Shown: in pieces, positions 8,741 through 19,000 of the stretch
Layout of the letters: every line of letters starts with the position of its first letter
Numbering within the stretch: the stretch's first letter is position 1
Assembly: GCA_963756875.1 (NCBI GenBank)
Contig: CAVWPA010000001.1
Location: forward strand, 160,001-224,000
Length of the DNA stretch: 64,000 bases
Origin: an uncultured Verrucomicrobiae bacterium
GTDB taxonomy: Bacteria > Verrucomicrobiota > Verrucomicrobiia > Chthoniobacterales > UBA10450
Direction of reading: 5' to 3'
Program-made: the position numbers and the translations under genes
Notes under the pieces: model-generated
Database searches by the model: none
What the model saw: the letters and a program-made list of their open reading frames with translations, nothing else
Told to the model about the DNA's origin: nothing

Positions 8741-8833
8741 ATGTCCCTCTTGTACAAATACTTCGATCCATGCGGCATCAAAGTGCTGCAAACCGGAAGG
8801 CTTCGAACATTAGATCCATCGACCTTCAACGAT
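8741..8833 (+). pseudogene. truncated N-terminus of a DUF2971-like protein
   Basis: MSLLYKYFDPCGIKVLQTGRLRTLDPSTFND resembles the LYKY...L...P..FNDP start of DUF2971 proteins; similarity stops abruptly. Confidence 0.5.
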
Positions 8834-9137
8834 GAACATCGGGATTTACTTCTTCTATCCGGCCTCCGCCGGTGGTCCCGGTCCGCGCTATCTTGAACGG
8901 ACGGTGCAACAAGCCGGAGACGAGAAGAAGATTGTTTTGCTCAAAACCGGGACTTATCCTGCGGAAAATGCCGGCGACCTGACTCGAAATCCGCCCGTGC
9001 TGTCGTCGGCAAACACGTTGTATTTTATTTTGTGCGACCAGCCGGAACGCGATGCGGTTTTGAAACGATTTCCGGGACGCAAAATCTTTGTTTACCAATA
9101 CCCAGGTGATCTACGCAGAACAGCCGACAGCCAATAA
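8832..9137 (+). pseudogene. probable C-terminal remnant of a membrane/glycosylation-related protein
   Basis: Protein-like ORF starting at the junction with the truncated gene, directly upstream of the GT2. Confidence 0.35.
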
Positions 9138-9193
9138 GTCCGGTCTAGCCGCATGAGAGAAAGCCTTAATCGCCGGATCGTACGGGAGCCCTC

Positions 9194-9883
9194 ATGAAAC
9201 TTTCTGTGGTCATTCCCTGCTTTGACGAACGAGGAACAATCGAAAAGATTGTCGCGGCGGTGCGCGCGGCGCCTCTGGAGGATCTTGAGATTATCGTCGT
9301 CGATGACGGCTCGACGGACGGGACGACCGCTTTGTTAAAGGAAAAAGTTTCTTCAATCGCGGATCGAATTATTTATCAGCCACGTAACATGGGGAAGGGC
9401 GCGGCACTGCGTGCCGGTTTTGCGGCCGCTACCGGCGACATCATCCTCGTGCAGGATGCAGATCTTGAATACAATCCGGCGGATTACCCGGTTTTGCTCG
9501 AGCCAATTTTATCGGGGAAAGCCGATGCGGTTTTCGGTTCGCGGTTTATGGGTGGACGCCCGCATCGGGTCCTTTACTTCTGGCACATGGTCGGGAACAA
9601 ATTTCTAACGCTCCTTTCGAACATGTTTACGAATCTCAACCTGACCGATCTGGAGACGTGTTACAAAGCGTTTCGCGCGGAGCTGCTGAAGAGTCTCGAT
9701 CTTCGGGAAAATCGTTTTGGATTCGAACCGGAGGTGACTGCGAAATTGGCAAAAACAAAATGCCGTATTTACGAAGTAGGCATTTCCTACAATGGTCGGA
9801 CTTATAACGAAGGAAAAAAGATCGGTTGGAAGGATGGTTTCCAGGCGATCTACGCGATCTTGCGCTACAATCTTTTTTCGTAG
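9194..9883 (+). CDS. glycosyltransferase family 2 (DPM1-like)
   Basis: [46 protein letters not shown]. Confidence 0.95.
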   Translation: MKLSVVIPCFDERGTIEKIVAAVRAAPLEDLEIIVVDDGSTDGTTALLKEKVSSIADRIIYQPRNMGKGAALRAGFAAATGDIILVQDADLEYNPADYPVLLEPILSGKADAVFGSRFMGGRPHRVLYFWHMVGNKFLTLLSNMFTNLNLTDLETCYKAFRAELLKSLDLRENRFGFEPEVTAKLAKTKCRIYEVGISYNGRTYNEGKKIGWKDGFQAIYAILRYNLFS

Positions 9884-9925
9884 AAGCCAGTTCAACCTGG
9901 CCGTTCACGTTTTGCGTTTGCGGCC

Positions 9926-11437
9926 TCACGCTGCCAGGTGCGACTCTGATACTCCGGCCATCAACCGGAGTACCGCCTCCTGAGAGGCTTCCGCGCGGGA
10001 CAGTTCCCCGACAATCTTACCCTCGCGCATCACGATGATTCGCGTGGACAGATTGAGCACCTCGGGAAGTTCGGAAGAAATGAGCATCACGGCCAGGCCA
10101 TTTTGCGCGAGGTTGTCGATCAGTGCGTGAAGTGAGGCCTTTGCGCCAACATCGACGCCGCGCGTGGGTTCGTCGACGATCAGCAGCTTGCCACCGTGGG
10201 CGAGCCATTTGGCCAGAACAATTTTTTGCTGGTTGCCGCCGCTGAGCGAGTTGACCGGCGCTTCGAGTGAAGCGGCTTTGACGTGCAAGCGCTGGAAATA
10301 CTCCGCGGCCATCTGTTTTTCTTTTGTTCGATCGAGGACGCCCAGTTTTCGCAACCGATCCAGCGACGCCAGGCTGACGTTCGCCCGGCACGGCATTCCA
10401 AGTATGCAGCCCTGCCGTTTGCGATCTTCCGGAACGAGGGCAATTCCCGCGCGCATGGCAGCCCGGATGGAACCTGGCGGAAGTACGCTTCCATCGAGCA
10501 CAACTTCGCCGGTCGCCTGCGGGTCCAGACCGAAAACGGCTTTCGCGAGTTCACTGCGCCCGGCGCCGACGAGACCGGCAAACCCGACAATCTCTCCGGC
10601 GCGGATTTCAAAGGAAACGTTATGGAAACGTCCGGGCGAACTCAGGTTTTGAACGCGTAATATTACGTTGCGGGCTTTCGCGGAAAGATATTGCGGGAAG
10701 TACTCTTCCACGGAACGACCGATCATCATGCGGACCATAGCGTCCTGCGTCATTTCCGCGCGACCGAGCGTTCCTACGTACTGGCCGTCGCGCAAAACGC
10801 TGATCCTGTCGCACAACCGGAAGAGTTCAGGCATCCGGTGCGAGATATAGATCATCGTGATTCCACGGCTCTTGAGATCTTCGATTAATTTGAACAGCGA
10901 TTGCGCCTCCGGATCGGAGAGTGAACTGGTGGGCTCGTCAAAGATCAAAATTCGCGGATTGGCGCCGACGGCGGCGGCTATTTGAACCTGCTGTTCCTGT
11001 GCGGTCGAAAGATCGCGCATGTTTTGCCGTACATTCAGATGGACGCCGATCGCGCCAAGCAATTGTTCCGCGCGACGGGTCATCTCAGTGCGGTCGAGCA
11101 GGACCCGAAGCTTTCTAGGGTATCGCCCCATACAAAGATTTTCCGCAACACTTAGGTCCGGGCAGAAGGCGAGCTCCTGATGGACCATCGCGATTCCGGC
11201 ATCCATCGCGTCGCGCGGCGAGTTAAAGAGGTGACGCAGTCCGTCGATCAGTATCTCGCCGCCGTCGGGCTTGTGAATGCCGGCGAGGATTCTTCCGAGG
11301 GTCGATTTTCCAGCGCCGTTTTCGCCTATGAGGCCATGACATTCACCCGCCTCAATCCCCAGTGTGACATTCCGTAGCGCTGTGACGCCGCCGAATACCT
11401 TGGTGATGGAGCGAAACTGGATGAACGATTTCGCCAT
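9926..11437 (-). CDS. monosaccharide ABC transporter ATP-binding protein (RbsA/MglA type)
   Basis: GENGAGKST, two ABC domains, LSGGNQQK, DEPTRGVDVGAK. Confidence 0.95.
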   Translation of the reverse strand: MAKSFIQFRSITKVFGGVTALRNVTLGIEAGECHGLIGENGAGKSTLGRILAGIHKPDGGEILIDGLRHLFNSPRDAMDAGIAMVHQELAFCPDLSVAENLCMGRYPRKLRVLLDRTEMTRRAEQLLGAIGVHLNVRQNMRDLSTAQEQQVQIAAAVGANPRILIFDEPTSSLSDPEAQSLFKLIEDLKSRGITMIYISHRMPELFRLCDRISVLRDGQYVGTLGRAEMTQDAMVRMMIGRSVEEYFPQYLSAKARNVILRVQNLSSPGRFHNVSFEIRAGEIVGFAGLVGAGRSELAKAVFGLDPQATGEVVLDGSVLPPGSIRAAMRAGIALVPEDRKRQGCILGMPCRANVSLASLDRLRKLGVLDRTKEKQMAAEYFQRLHVKAASLEAPVNSLSGGNQQKIVLAKWLAHGGKLLIVDEPTRGVDVGAKASLHALIDNLAQNGLAVMLISSELPEVLNLSTRIIVMREGKIVGELSRAEASQEAVLRLMAGVSESHLAA

Positions 11438-11440
11438 GCC

Positions 11441-12448
11441 TTATTTTTTACCGAGCCATTTCTCCCAATTTTTTCCGAACCCATCGACGTTTTCTTTCGT
11501 TACCCGGGTTAACGGATCGATGATGGTTGAACTGGGCGGGTTCTCTTTATTGACGATCTTGTCGAGTAAAACTTGGACCGATTTGGTGCCCCAACCGTAG
11601 CAATCCTGAGCGAACAGCGCTTCCACGTAGCCGCTCTTGACGTAATTCAACTCCGCCGGCAACGCGTCGGCTGCTACCACCTTGATTGAGCCGGGCGGCC
11701 ACTTGAGCGCGTCGGCGGTGAAGAGCGGCCAGCCGCCGATCATGGCCCAACCTTGAATTCCGGGATTGGCGTTCTGGGCGGTTTGCACGGCTTCGGCGCC
11801 TTTCTCCGGAGTCTCGGCGTGATAAAACACACCGGGATCGTTCAACTTCATGTTTGGAAATTTGGCGAGCTCTTCCTTGGCGCCGGCGACGCGCTTTTGT
11901 AAATTCGGGGCGCTCTGGTTGCCTCCGAGAATCGCGACGGTACCTTTCTCATTCATCGCCTTGGCCAGCTCTTCCATGATTCGCGCGCCGCAGGCGTGCG
12001 CATCGCTTCCATAAAAGGCGAAGCGTTTGCTATTGGGCGCGTCGGAATCGAAGCACATGACCGGAACACCTTTTTCAACGGCCTTGTCGATGGAAGGTGT
12101 GACAGTGTTTGCTTCCGAACAGGAAATAGCGATCCCGTCAACGCCTCGGCGGGCGAGGGCCTCGATCGCCTCGGCTTGTTTGGTGGCGTCCTCGTCGTTC
12201 GGAGTTCGAATCTCGATTTCGACATCGGCGTTGTACTTCGGGCCAAGTTCTTTGGCCGCGTCGCGCGCGCCGGATTGCGCCGCCTGGAAGACATCGTTTG
12301 TCAGGCTTTTGCCAAGAAACCCGATTACAATTTTGCGTTTGCCGCCCTCTGCGGACGTCGGCGCTTTCTTGGTGCAGGCGGTCAGAGCGATCGCAGCGCA
12401 AGCAAAGGCCGTGGCCAGTTGGTGAAACTGAACGTGATGTCTATTCAT
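11441..12448 (-). CDS. sugar ABC transporter substrate-binding lipoprotein
   Basis: Lipobox ALTAC; RbsB-like motifs (GVPVMCFDSDAP). Confidence 0.92.
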   Translation of the reverse strand: MNRHHVQFHQLATAFACAAIALTACTKKAPTSAEGGKRKIVIGFLGKSLTNDVFQAAQSGARDAAKELGPKYNADVEIEIRTPNDEDATKQAEAIEALARRGVDGIAISCSEANTVTPSIDKAVEKGVPVMCFDSDAPNSKRFAFYGSDAHACGARIMEELAKAMNEKGTVAILGGNQSAPNLQKRVAGAKEELAKFPNMKLNDPGVFYHAETPEKGAEAVQTAQNANPGIQGWAMIGGWPLFTADALKWPPGSIKVVAADALPAELNYVKSGYVEALFAQDCYGWGTKSVQVLLDKIVNKENPPSSTIIDPLTRVTKENVDGFGKNWEKWLGKK

Positions 12449-13551
12449 GGGATGACGGTTTCTGTTTTTGCTTCCTTTAAATGGTGACGACGGGTTCGGA
12501 GATAGCTGCTTACCCGATCAAGCGATACCGCAACGATGATCGCCAGGCCGATGATCACAAGGCGGTATTCCTGAGCGAGCCGTAGAATAATGATACCATT
12601 TTCGATCAGCGCGATCACGAGCGTGCCCAAAAGCGCGCCGAGAGCGGTGCCGCGACCACCGACCAGACTTGCGCCGCCGACCACTGCCGCAGCGATCACG
12701 GTAAGCTCGTAACCCGAGCCGGTGCTGGTGGAAGCGGTTCCGAATCTTCCCAGTGAGACCATTCCAGCTACGCCCGCCGCCAGGCCGGCCAGCGCGTACG
12801 TGCGCAGTTTGATCCAGCCCACGCGTAGTCCGCTAAAGCGTGCCGCTTCCTCGTTGCCGCCAATCGCGTACGTTTCCCGGCCGGCAACCATCATTCGCAA
12901 ATAGAACCATCCCAGCGCGACGCAGATGAGCATGATAATAAGAGGCATCGGCTCCAGACCGAACAACTCCAGTCGCATAAATCCCGTGGTAAAAGCAGGC
13001 GGCAGAGTTTTTCCAGCGGCGGGCAATGTTTTTTCCGGGGGCAAAACATTCGCCAGACCGCGGAAGATACTCATCGTGCCGAGCGTTACGATAAATGGAT
13101 GCAATGAAAGTCCTGTAACGAGTGCGCCATTAATGGCGCCACAGAGCAGGCCGATACCGAGTGGCACGAGAATCGCGACAGGCAACGTCTGCAGCGCCGG
13201 CGCATTGGCCGGCAACGCCTGCAGAGCGGAAGCCCCGCCGAGTGCGGACAACGCCATGATCGATCCAACGGAAATATCGATCCCGCCAGTGATGATCACA
13301 ATCGTCATGCCGATGGCCATGATTGCGTAGTACGACATTGGCGTGGCGATGCCGTCGATGAAGTTATCGAAATTTAAGAACGTGTTCGGTTTGCCCGGCG
13401 CGGCATCATACCAGCCGTAGATGCTCAAAATCGTTGCAAGCAGCAGGACCACGAGCGCCAGACCAATTTCCTGCGCGACAGAAAGACGCGGTCGAGAAGG
13501 AAGCTGCTCGACCGTGGCAGGCGGCGTTTCGCCAGAACGCGATTCTTTCAC
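12445..13551 (-). CDS. sugar ABC transporter permease (RbsC type)
   Basis: GMTIVIITGGIDISVGS, YAIGGNEEAARFSG, GYELTVIAAAVVGGASL. Confidence 0.95.
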   Translation of the reverse strand: MKESRSGETPPATVEQLPSRPRLSVAQEIGLALVVLLLATILSIYGWYDAAPGKPNTFLNFDNFIDGIATPMSYYAIMAIGMTIVIITGGIDISVGSIMALSALGGASALQALPANAPALQTLPVAILVPLGIGLLCGAINGALVTGLSLHPFIVTLGTMSIFRGLANVLPPEKTLPAAGKTLPPAFTTGFMRLELFGLEPMPLIIMLICVALGWFYLRMMVAGRETYAIGGNEEAARFSGLRVGWIKLRTYALAGLAAGVAGMVSLGRFGTASTSTGSGYELTVIAAAVVGGASLVGGRGTALGALLGTLVIALIENGIIILRLAQEYRLVIIGLAIIVAVSLDRVSSYLRTRRHHLKEAKTETVIP

Positions 13552-15770
13552 GGCTTCACGGTTGGAGACGGCTGCGCAGTTGGAGAAGGCAGCCCGGCCA
13601 CAACGATTCCCTTTGTTTCGGTTCCGCGCCCCTCTAAAACTCCATTCTCCGTTATCAACCGGACCTCGACTGGTCGATCGGGAATTTGCATGCGGCCCTG
13701 GCGTTTTTCGACGCCCACGACAACGGATTCGCCTTCACGCCGTGCTCGATAGGTCGTTAACGCAAAATTTCCTCGCATATAATCGAAACCATCTCCGGCA
13801 TCTTCGTAAAGATTTCCTCGTGCCTGCCCACTTTGGTCAAGGCAAACAAGCAATGTAAGCGGATCGAGCGATGCCTCATTCGTGTTTTGCACCACCCGAC
13901 CGAGAGGAACGATCGCGCCGCCGTGAATCTTCACTTCCGGTTGATAGCCATCTTTTTCCCGGTCGCCATCGAGCAGCGAAACATCGCGCCAGATGCCTTT
14001 TGGAAGCTTGGGATCTGATGCCCATGGCGGGACGACAAGGAGATCGGGGCCGAAGAGAAAGGCGCTTTCTTCGGCGCGCAGCTCCGGATCTTTTGGATCG
14101 GCAAAGAAGACGGGTTGCATGATCGGTTCGCCGGTTATCGAAGCGTTGAATGCGAGCGTGTAAAGGTAGGGCAACAGCCGATAGCGCCGTTCCAAGGCGG
14201 TGCGAGCCACATTTTCGAATTTGGCACCGAACCTCCATGGCTCCTGGAATTGGCTGTCGACTGAGGCGTGCGCGCGACAGAAAGGATAAAACACACCGGT
14301 TGCGATCCATTTTCCGAAAAGGTCCGGTGTTGCATTGCCTTCGTATCCACCAATATCTGCGCCGCTGAGCGGCTGGCCGGAAAGGCTGAGATTCAGCGAC
14401 ATCGGCACTGACGTTTTCAAATATTCCATTCGCGCCATGTTATCGCCGGTCCAGGTAGCCGCGTAACGCTGACCGCCGAGATGCGTGGAACGGGTCAGCA
14501 CAAATGGCCGTTTATCGGGGCGAACTTTTAAAATTCCCTCGCGCGTGGCTGCTGTCTCCAACATTCCATAGACGTTGTGGTACATGCGGTGCGGGCCAGG
14601 CGGCAGATTCCCTCCTCCGCGATGAACGATGTCCTCAGGCATTGTCCAGTCAGGCGCGTTGAATACAGCGGGTTCGTTCATGTCGTTCCACACGCCATCG
14701 ACACCTTTTGCGATGAAATTCCTGTACAAATCTCCCCACCAATGTCGGGCATCCGGCATCGTGAAATCGGGAAAAACGCACATGCCCGGCCAGACTTCGC
14801 CTTCGTAATCCTTGCCATGCGGTTTCTGCACCCACAAACGGCGTGCGCTGCCGGAGTCGTAAACAAAGTAACCTCGCTCAGCCTTGACTCCGGGATCAAT
14901 CATCCAGACCGAGTGAAAGCCATTGTCATGCAGGTAGTCGTTCGTCGCCTTTGGATCGGGAAACCGTTTCGGATCGAAAGTAAAAATCCGGTAACCGTTC
15001 ATGTAATGGATATCGAGCCAGATGACATCGCACGGCAGATGACGTTTGCGGAATTCGCTCGCGATTTCGCGCACCTGGGCATCGGGATAGTAAGAGTAGC
15101 GACACTGATGAAATCCTAGCGCCCATCGCGGAGGAAGCGGCATTGCGCCAATCAATTCGGCGAGGCCGCGCATGACGGCTTGCGGCGAGCTGCGGTCGAT
15201 GACAATCACACGAAATGCCGGACCCTCACTTTTAAAAACGATTTCGTCGGATCCGGTTTGCAGTTCGGACTTCCACGTCGTGTCAAAGAGCACGCCGAAA
15301 GCGGTTCCATCCGGTCGAACACCGAGTACCCAGGGATGGGATTGATACAGCCGGCGGCCGTTATCTTTTTTGTAGGCGAAGTTGTCGGTGTTCCAGATCT
15401 CGATCGATTTGTCGTTGCGCAACAGCGGACCGCTTACTTCGCCGGTGCCGTACAAGCTCGCGTCCTTTGGCACTACGAGCGATGCGCTCGCTTTGCCATT
15501 CCCGGCGCTGAACTCTGGAACAAGCGTCCAGCCCCGGGGCATCGGACCTGATTCTCGCGGCGGAGCGACCAGCGCCAGCGAAGGCGTTTTAAGGGAATTG
15601 TATCCTTCTGGAACAAAGAGAACGATTCCGCGACCAATTTGTGCGGCGCGCTCGATCTTTATTCTCTGGGTTCCGGCAGAAAGAACGGGATCAGCCAGCG
15701 CAAGAACGAGCCAAGGAACCGCGAGAAAACGCGTTGTGTTCGAGAGTTGTCTGGCGTGCGAATGCTTCAT
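13548..15770 (-). CDS. glycoside hydrolase family 31 alpha-glucosidase with signal peptide
   Basis: DVIWLDIHYM, catalytic WNDMNEP, WTGDN, GADIGG; start chosen at MKHSH. Confidence 0.95.
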   Translation of the reverse strand: MKHSHARQLSNTTRFLAVPWLVLALADPVLSAGTQRIKIERAAQIGRGIVLFVPEGYNSLKTPSLALVAPPRESGPMPRGWTLVPEFSAGNGKASASLVVPKDASLYGTGEVSGPLLRNDKSIEIWNTDNFAYKKDNGRRLYQSHPWVLGVRPDGTAFGVLFDTTWKSELQTGSDEIVFKSEGPAFRVIVIDRSSPQAVMRGLAELIGAMPLPPRWALGFHQCRYSYYPDAQVREIASEFRKRHLPCDVIWLDIHYMNGYRIFTFDPKRFPDPKATNDYLHDNGFHSVWMIDPGVKAERGYFVYDSGSARRLWVQKPHGKDYEGEVWPGMCVFPDFTMPDARHWWGDLYRNFIAKGVDGVWNDMNEPAVFNAPDWTMPEDIVHRGGGNLPPGPHRMYHNVYGMLETAATREGILKVRPDKRPFVLTRSTHLGGQRYAATWTGDNMARMEYLKTSVPMSLNLSLSGQPLSGADIGGYEGNATPDLFGKWIATGVFYPFCRAHASVDSQFQEPWRFGAKFENVARTALERRYRLLPYLYTLAFNASITGEPIMQPVFFADPKDPELRAEESAFLFGPDLLVVPPWASDPKLPKGIWRDVSLLDGDREKDGYQPEVKIHGGAIVPLGRVVQNTNEASLDPLTLLVCLDQSGQARGNLYEDAGDGFDYMRGNFALTTYRARREGESVVVGVEKRQGRMQIPDRPVEVRLITENGVLEGRGTETKGIVVAGLPSPTAQPSPTVKP

Positions 15771-16037
15771 TGATTGCGACACCCGCGAGCGGCGACCATT
15801 GTTATCACTATGATCGGCTGCGACCAAGCGAGGCAAGCCCGCTTCCGCGCAAGGAATCCTTCATTGCGCCCGCAATCGAGCCGCGATCGTGCCCAAGGCG
15901 CTTTAGAGATGACCGCGTTTCGCCCTCTTCACCAGAATGAATGGAAGCCTGGAGAGCAGCTAAAAAACGGGTGATAATCTCGACACAGGAGACTCAGGTC
16001 GAGCTGTTATTCAGCTCTTTGTTCATGGCGTGATAGC

Positions 16038-19000
16038 CTAGTTTCCTCCACCGGCTGCGACTAGATTACCACCACCGGCGGAGATGATGTTGCCGCTCGC
16101 TGTCACGATGCTTGCGGTGGAATCAGGAGTGGAAGCAAGGATGTTGCCGCCGCCGGCCGAGACGACTCCGCCTGAATTCGAGCTAATGATATTTCCGCCA
16201 CCCGCGGCGATGAGGTTCCCACCGCCTGCGGCCACCAGATTTCCTCCACCGGCCGAAACCACATTGCCGCCGCCGGCCGAGACGACACCGGCTGAATTCG
16301 AGCCGATGATATTGCCGCCGCCGGCCGAAACGACACCGGCTGAATTCGAGCCGATGATATTGCCGCCGCCCGCGGCGATGAGATTTCCTCCACCCGCGGA
16401 GACGACGCCGTTACCGACGAGCTGACCTGCGCCCGGTCCGACAAGGCCACCTGGAAGGGCGTTGCCGCCGCCGGCTGCGACAAGGTTACCGCCTCCTGCG
16501 GCGATGATGTTCCCGCCCCCTGCGGAGACAATGCTGGCGGCATTATCGAGCAACGCGGCGGCTGTCGTGACGCCGGTTGAAATCGCGTTGCCACCGCCTG
16601 CGGCGACGAGATTGCCACCGCCAGCAGCGATGATGTTCCCGCCACCGGCGGCCACCAGGTTGCCTCCGCCTGCGGCCACCAGGTTGTTTCCGCCAATGTC
16701 GATGATTGTCACATCGCCACCGTTGAAGATGAAGTGGTTCAACGGAGGGCCGCCGTTGTTTGTAATATGAGTGGTCGGACCATCTGAAAACAGCGGGTTC
16801 CCGCCACTGACGATCGAGATGGATGCTGGATCAGTATCGATAACTCCCAGAAAGCTGGCGTTGATGTGAGCATGGCCAGGCCCGTCGCCGCCGAATGTGA
16901 TTGTGCTGAATAGCGCGCCGCTGGCCTGGAAGGTAAACGTGACCGCGCCAGCAGTGTGAGGATCGAGGAAATCTAGATTGACGTCCACAGTAGTTCCCTC
17001 CTGAATGAAATTTGGATTCTGGTGACCAGCACCGGGTATCGTCGCGGCCACGCTAACGTAGTTGGCGCCGGTCGGTAACAGGAATACCAAACCCGGGTTT
17101 CTTACCTCGTTGTCACCGTAATTGTAGATCACGAATGTGACTGTAAAGGTGCTTCCGGCGACAACGGTGTCCCTTCCATTCCCATTGGTTGCAATAATTC
17201 TCTGAACTCCGAGCTTGGGCACATGCTGCGCGTCGGCGACGGGCTCGGCCTTAAGCGTCGCCGTTGCCTGGTGCGGCTTCATGAAGTCGAGGAAGCCGAA
17301 GGGGTTGAAGATGTCTCTTTTAGGCGAATCTCCGACTATTTGCGCAAGGTTCGTTAAGGGCGCGCTCGATATCGTCTGCGCCGCGCCCGCCAGGGCAAGG
17401 CTCGCCGCTTGAACAGTATTATCGTAAATGGTCAGGGCGGGCGCGATGTTGTCGCCGACAAGCGAGCCGGTTTGCTGGATTGCATCTTGTGTGACGATCA
17501 CTTCCACCATCACGTCGCCTTCGCCTGGCGGCAGCTGATTGAACGTGAATCGAACAATCCCCGGGTGCGATGGATCGGTGGGCGGCTCAACTCCGAAACC
17601 AGCTGGCGTGAGACTCAGCGGAAGTATTGAGCCGGGTATCGCTCGGTTGGTCAAACCTGCAAACCCCGCGCGGTAGAAAACGGTGTGTGCCGGAAGAGTC
17701 ACATCCAAATTGACGCCAGTTGCTGTAGTCGTGCCGATGTTTTTGTAGTGAATGTAGTAGCGTTCCTCCCCGGGAAGGTAGGAGGTTGGATCGCTGGGAT
17801 TGGGGGGAACCGCGCTTATGTAGGCTGCGAAGCTGCTGTTATAAAGCGCGTCCAGCGCGGCCTTCGTCGCGTTGACATCGGTGCTGACCGTGGCCGGGCG
17901 CACAAGCATGCCCTCGAGCAACGGCCGCGCAAACTGCACGTCACCGATTACCTCGATCGCGGCGTTGCCGTGCCCGCCGCCGCCGGCCATACCAAAATAT
18001 CCCACCGGCGTGTGCGGCGTGCTCGTTGAGCCAATGGAGGACGCTGACTCCGGCTGGTTATTGGGATCGTCTGCATTGATGAATGTGCCAGAAACTGGAG
18101 CATTTGCGCCACTGTCAACCTGGACGGTATACACGATGGCAATCGATGCCTTCGAGGCCAGAGTAAATCCCTCGAATCGCAGGTGGTGGCCGTCCGGGTC
18201 GAGAACCGGTTGAAGCGGAATCGGCACTGGCGCGGGTGCTGGAGGCGGACTTTTCTTTTTCTTATGTTTGCCTCCATGTCCGGTACTTGGCGCCGGCGTT
18301 GGAAGCGGGTAGAGCAGTTGCGCTGAAACGAACGTCGCGTGGTCGGGCATGCGGTCCTGAATATAAACAGCGTCGGCTTCGGACTTGCCGTTGTTTGTGG
18401 CCGTGAGGATGAAGCTAATCTGATCGCCCGGCTTAACGATATTCACGCTCTGGCCGGAACCGTCCGCGACCGTTTGTGTTGGTAGATTGCTGATGACCTT
18501 AGCCAGGGCAAGAACCGGCTGGTTATCGAGACTTCCCTGCAATGTGATGTCGATTACTCCGGAATCGTTTGTGCTCAGCGCGATGTCATTGCTGGCGTTG
18601 CGGATGAACATCATGAAATCCATCGACGATATCGGTATGCCCGCGGCGAACGCGCTACTGAATTGGGCGTAGGCAGTGTTAGTGAGAAATGCCGCGCCAT
18701 AATCGATCGTGCTGATTTTGGGCACGTCCGCCGGGTCCGCCCATTGCGCCTGGAAGGTGACCGAAAAAGTCATCGAACCATGAGCAACCAGCGCCGGGTT
18801 TTGGATGGTTTTCTTTTTCTTTTTAACAACGGTCCCCTCAATATCGATTACAATTTCAGGCGGGAGATTGCCGGTAGAGTAAATCTGTTTCCCCTGAATA
18901 GCGGCGGTGCCACCGTTGTTATAGGAAAGTCCCGAGAAACTTCCGCCATTGATCGAATAACTTGGAGCCCAGCGGGCGAATTCCGGTACTGTGACGACAG

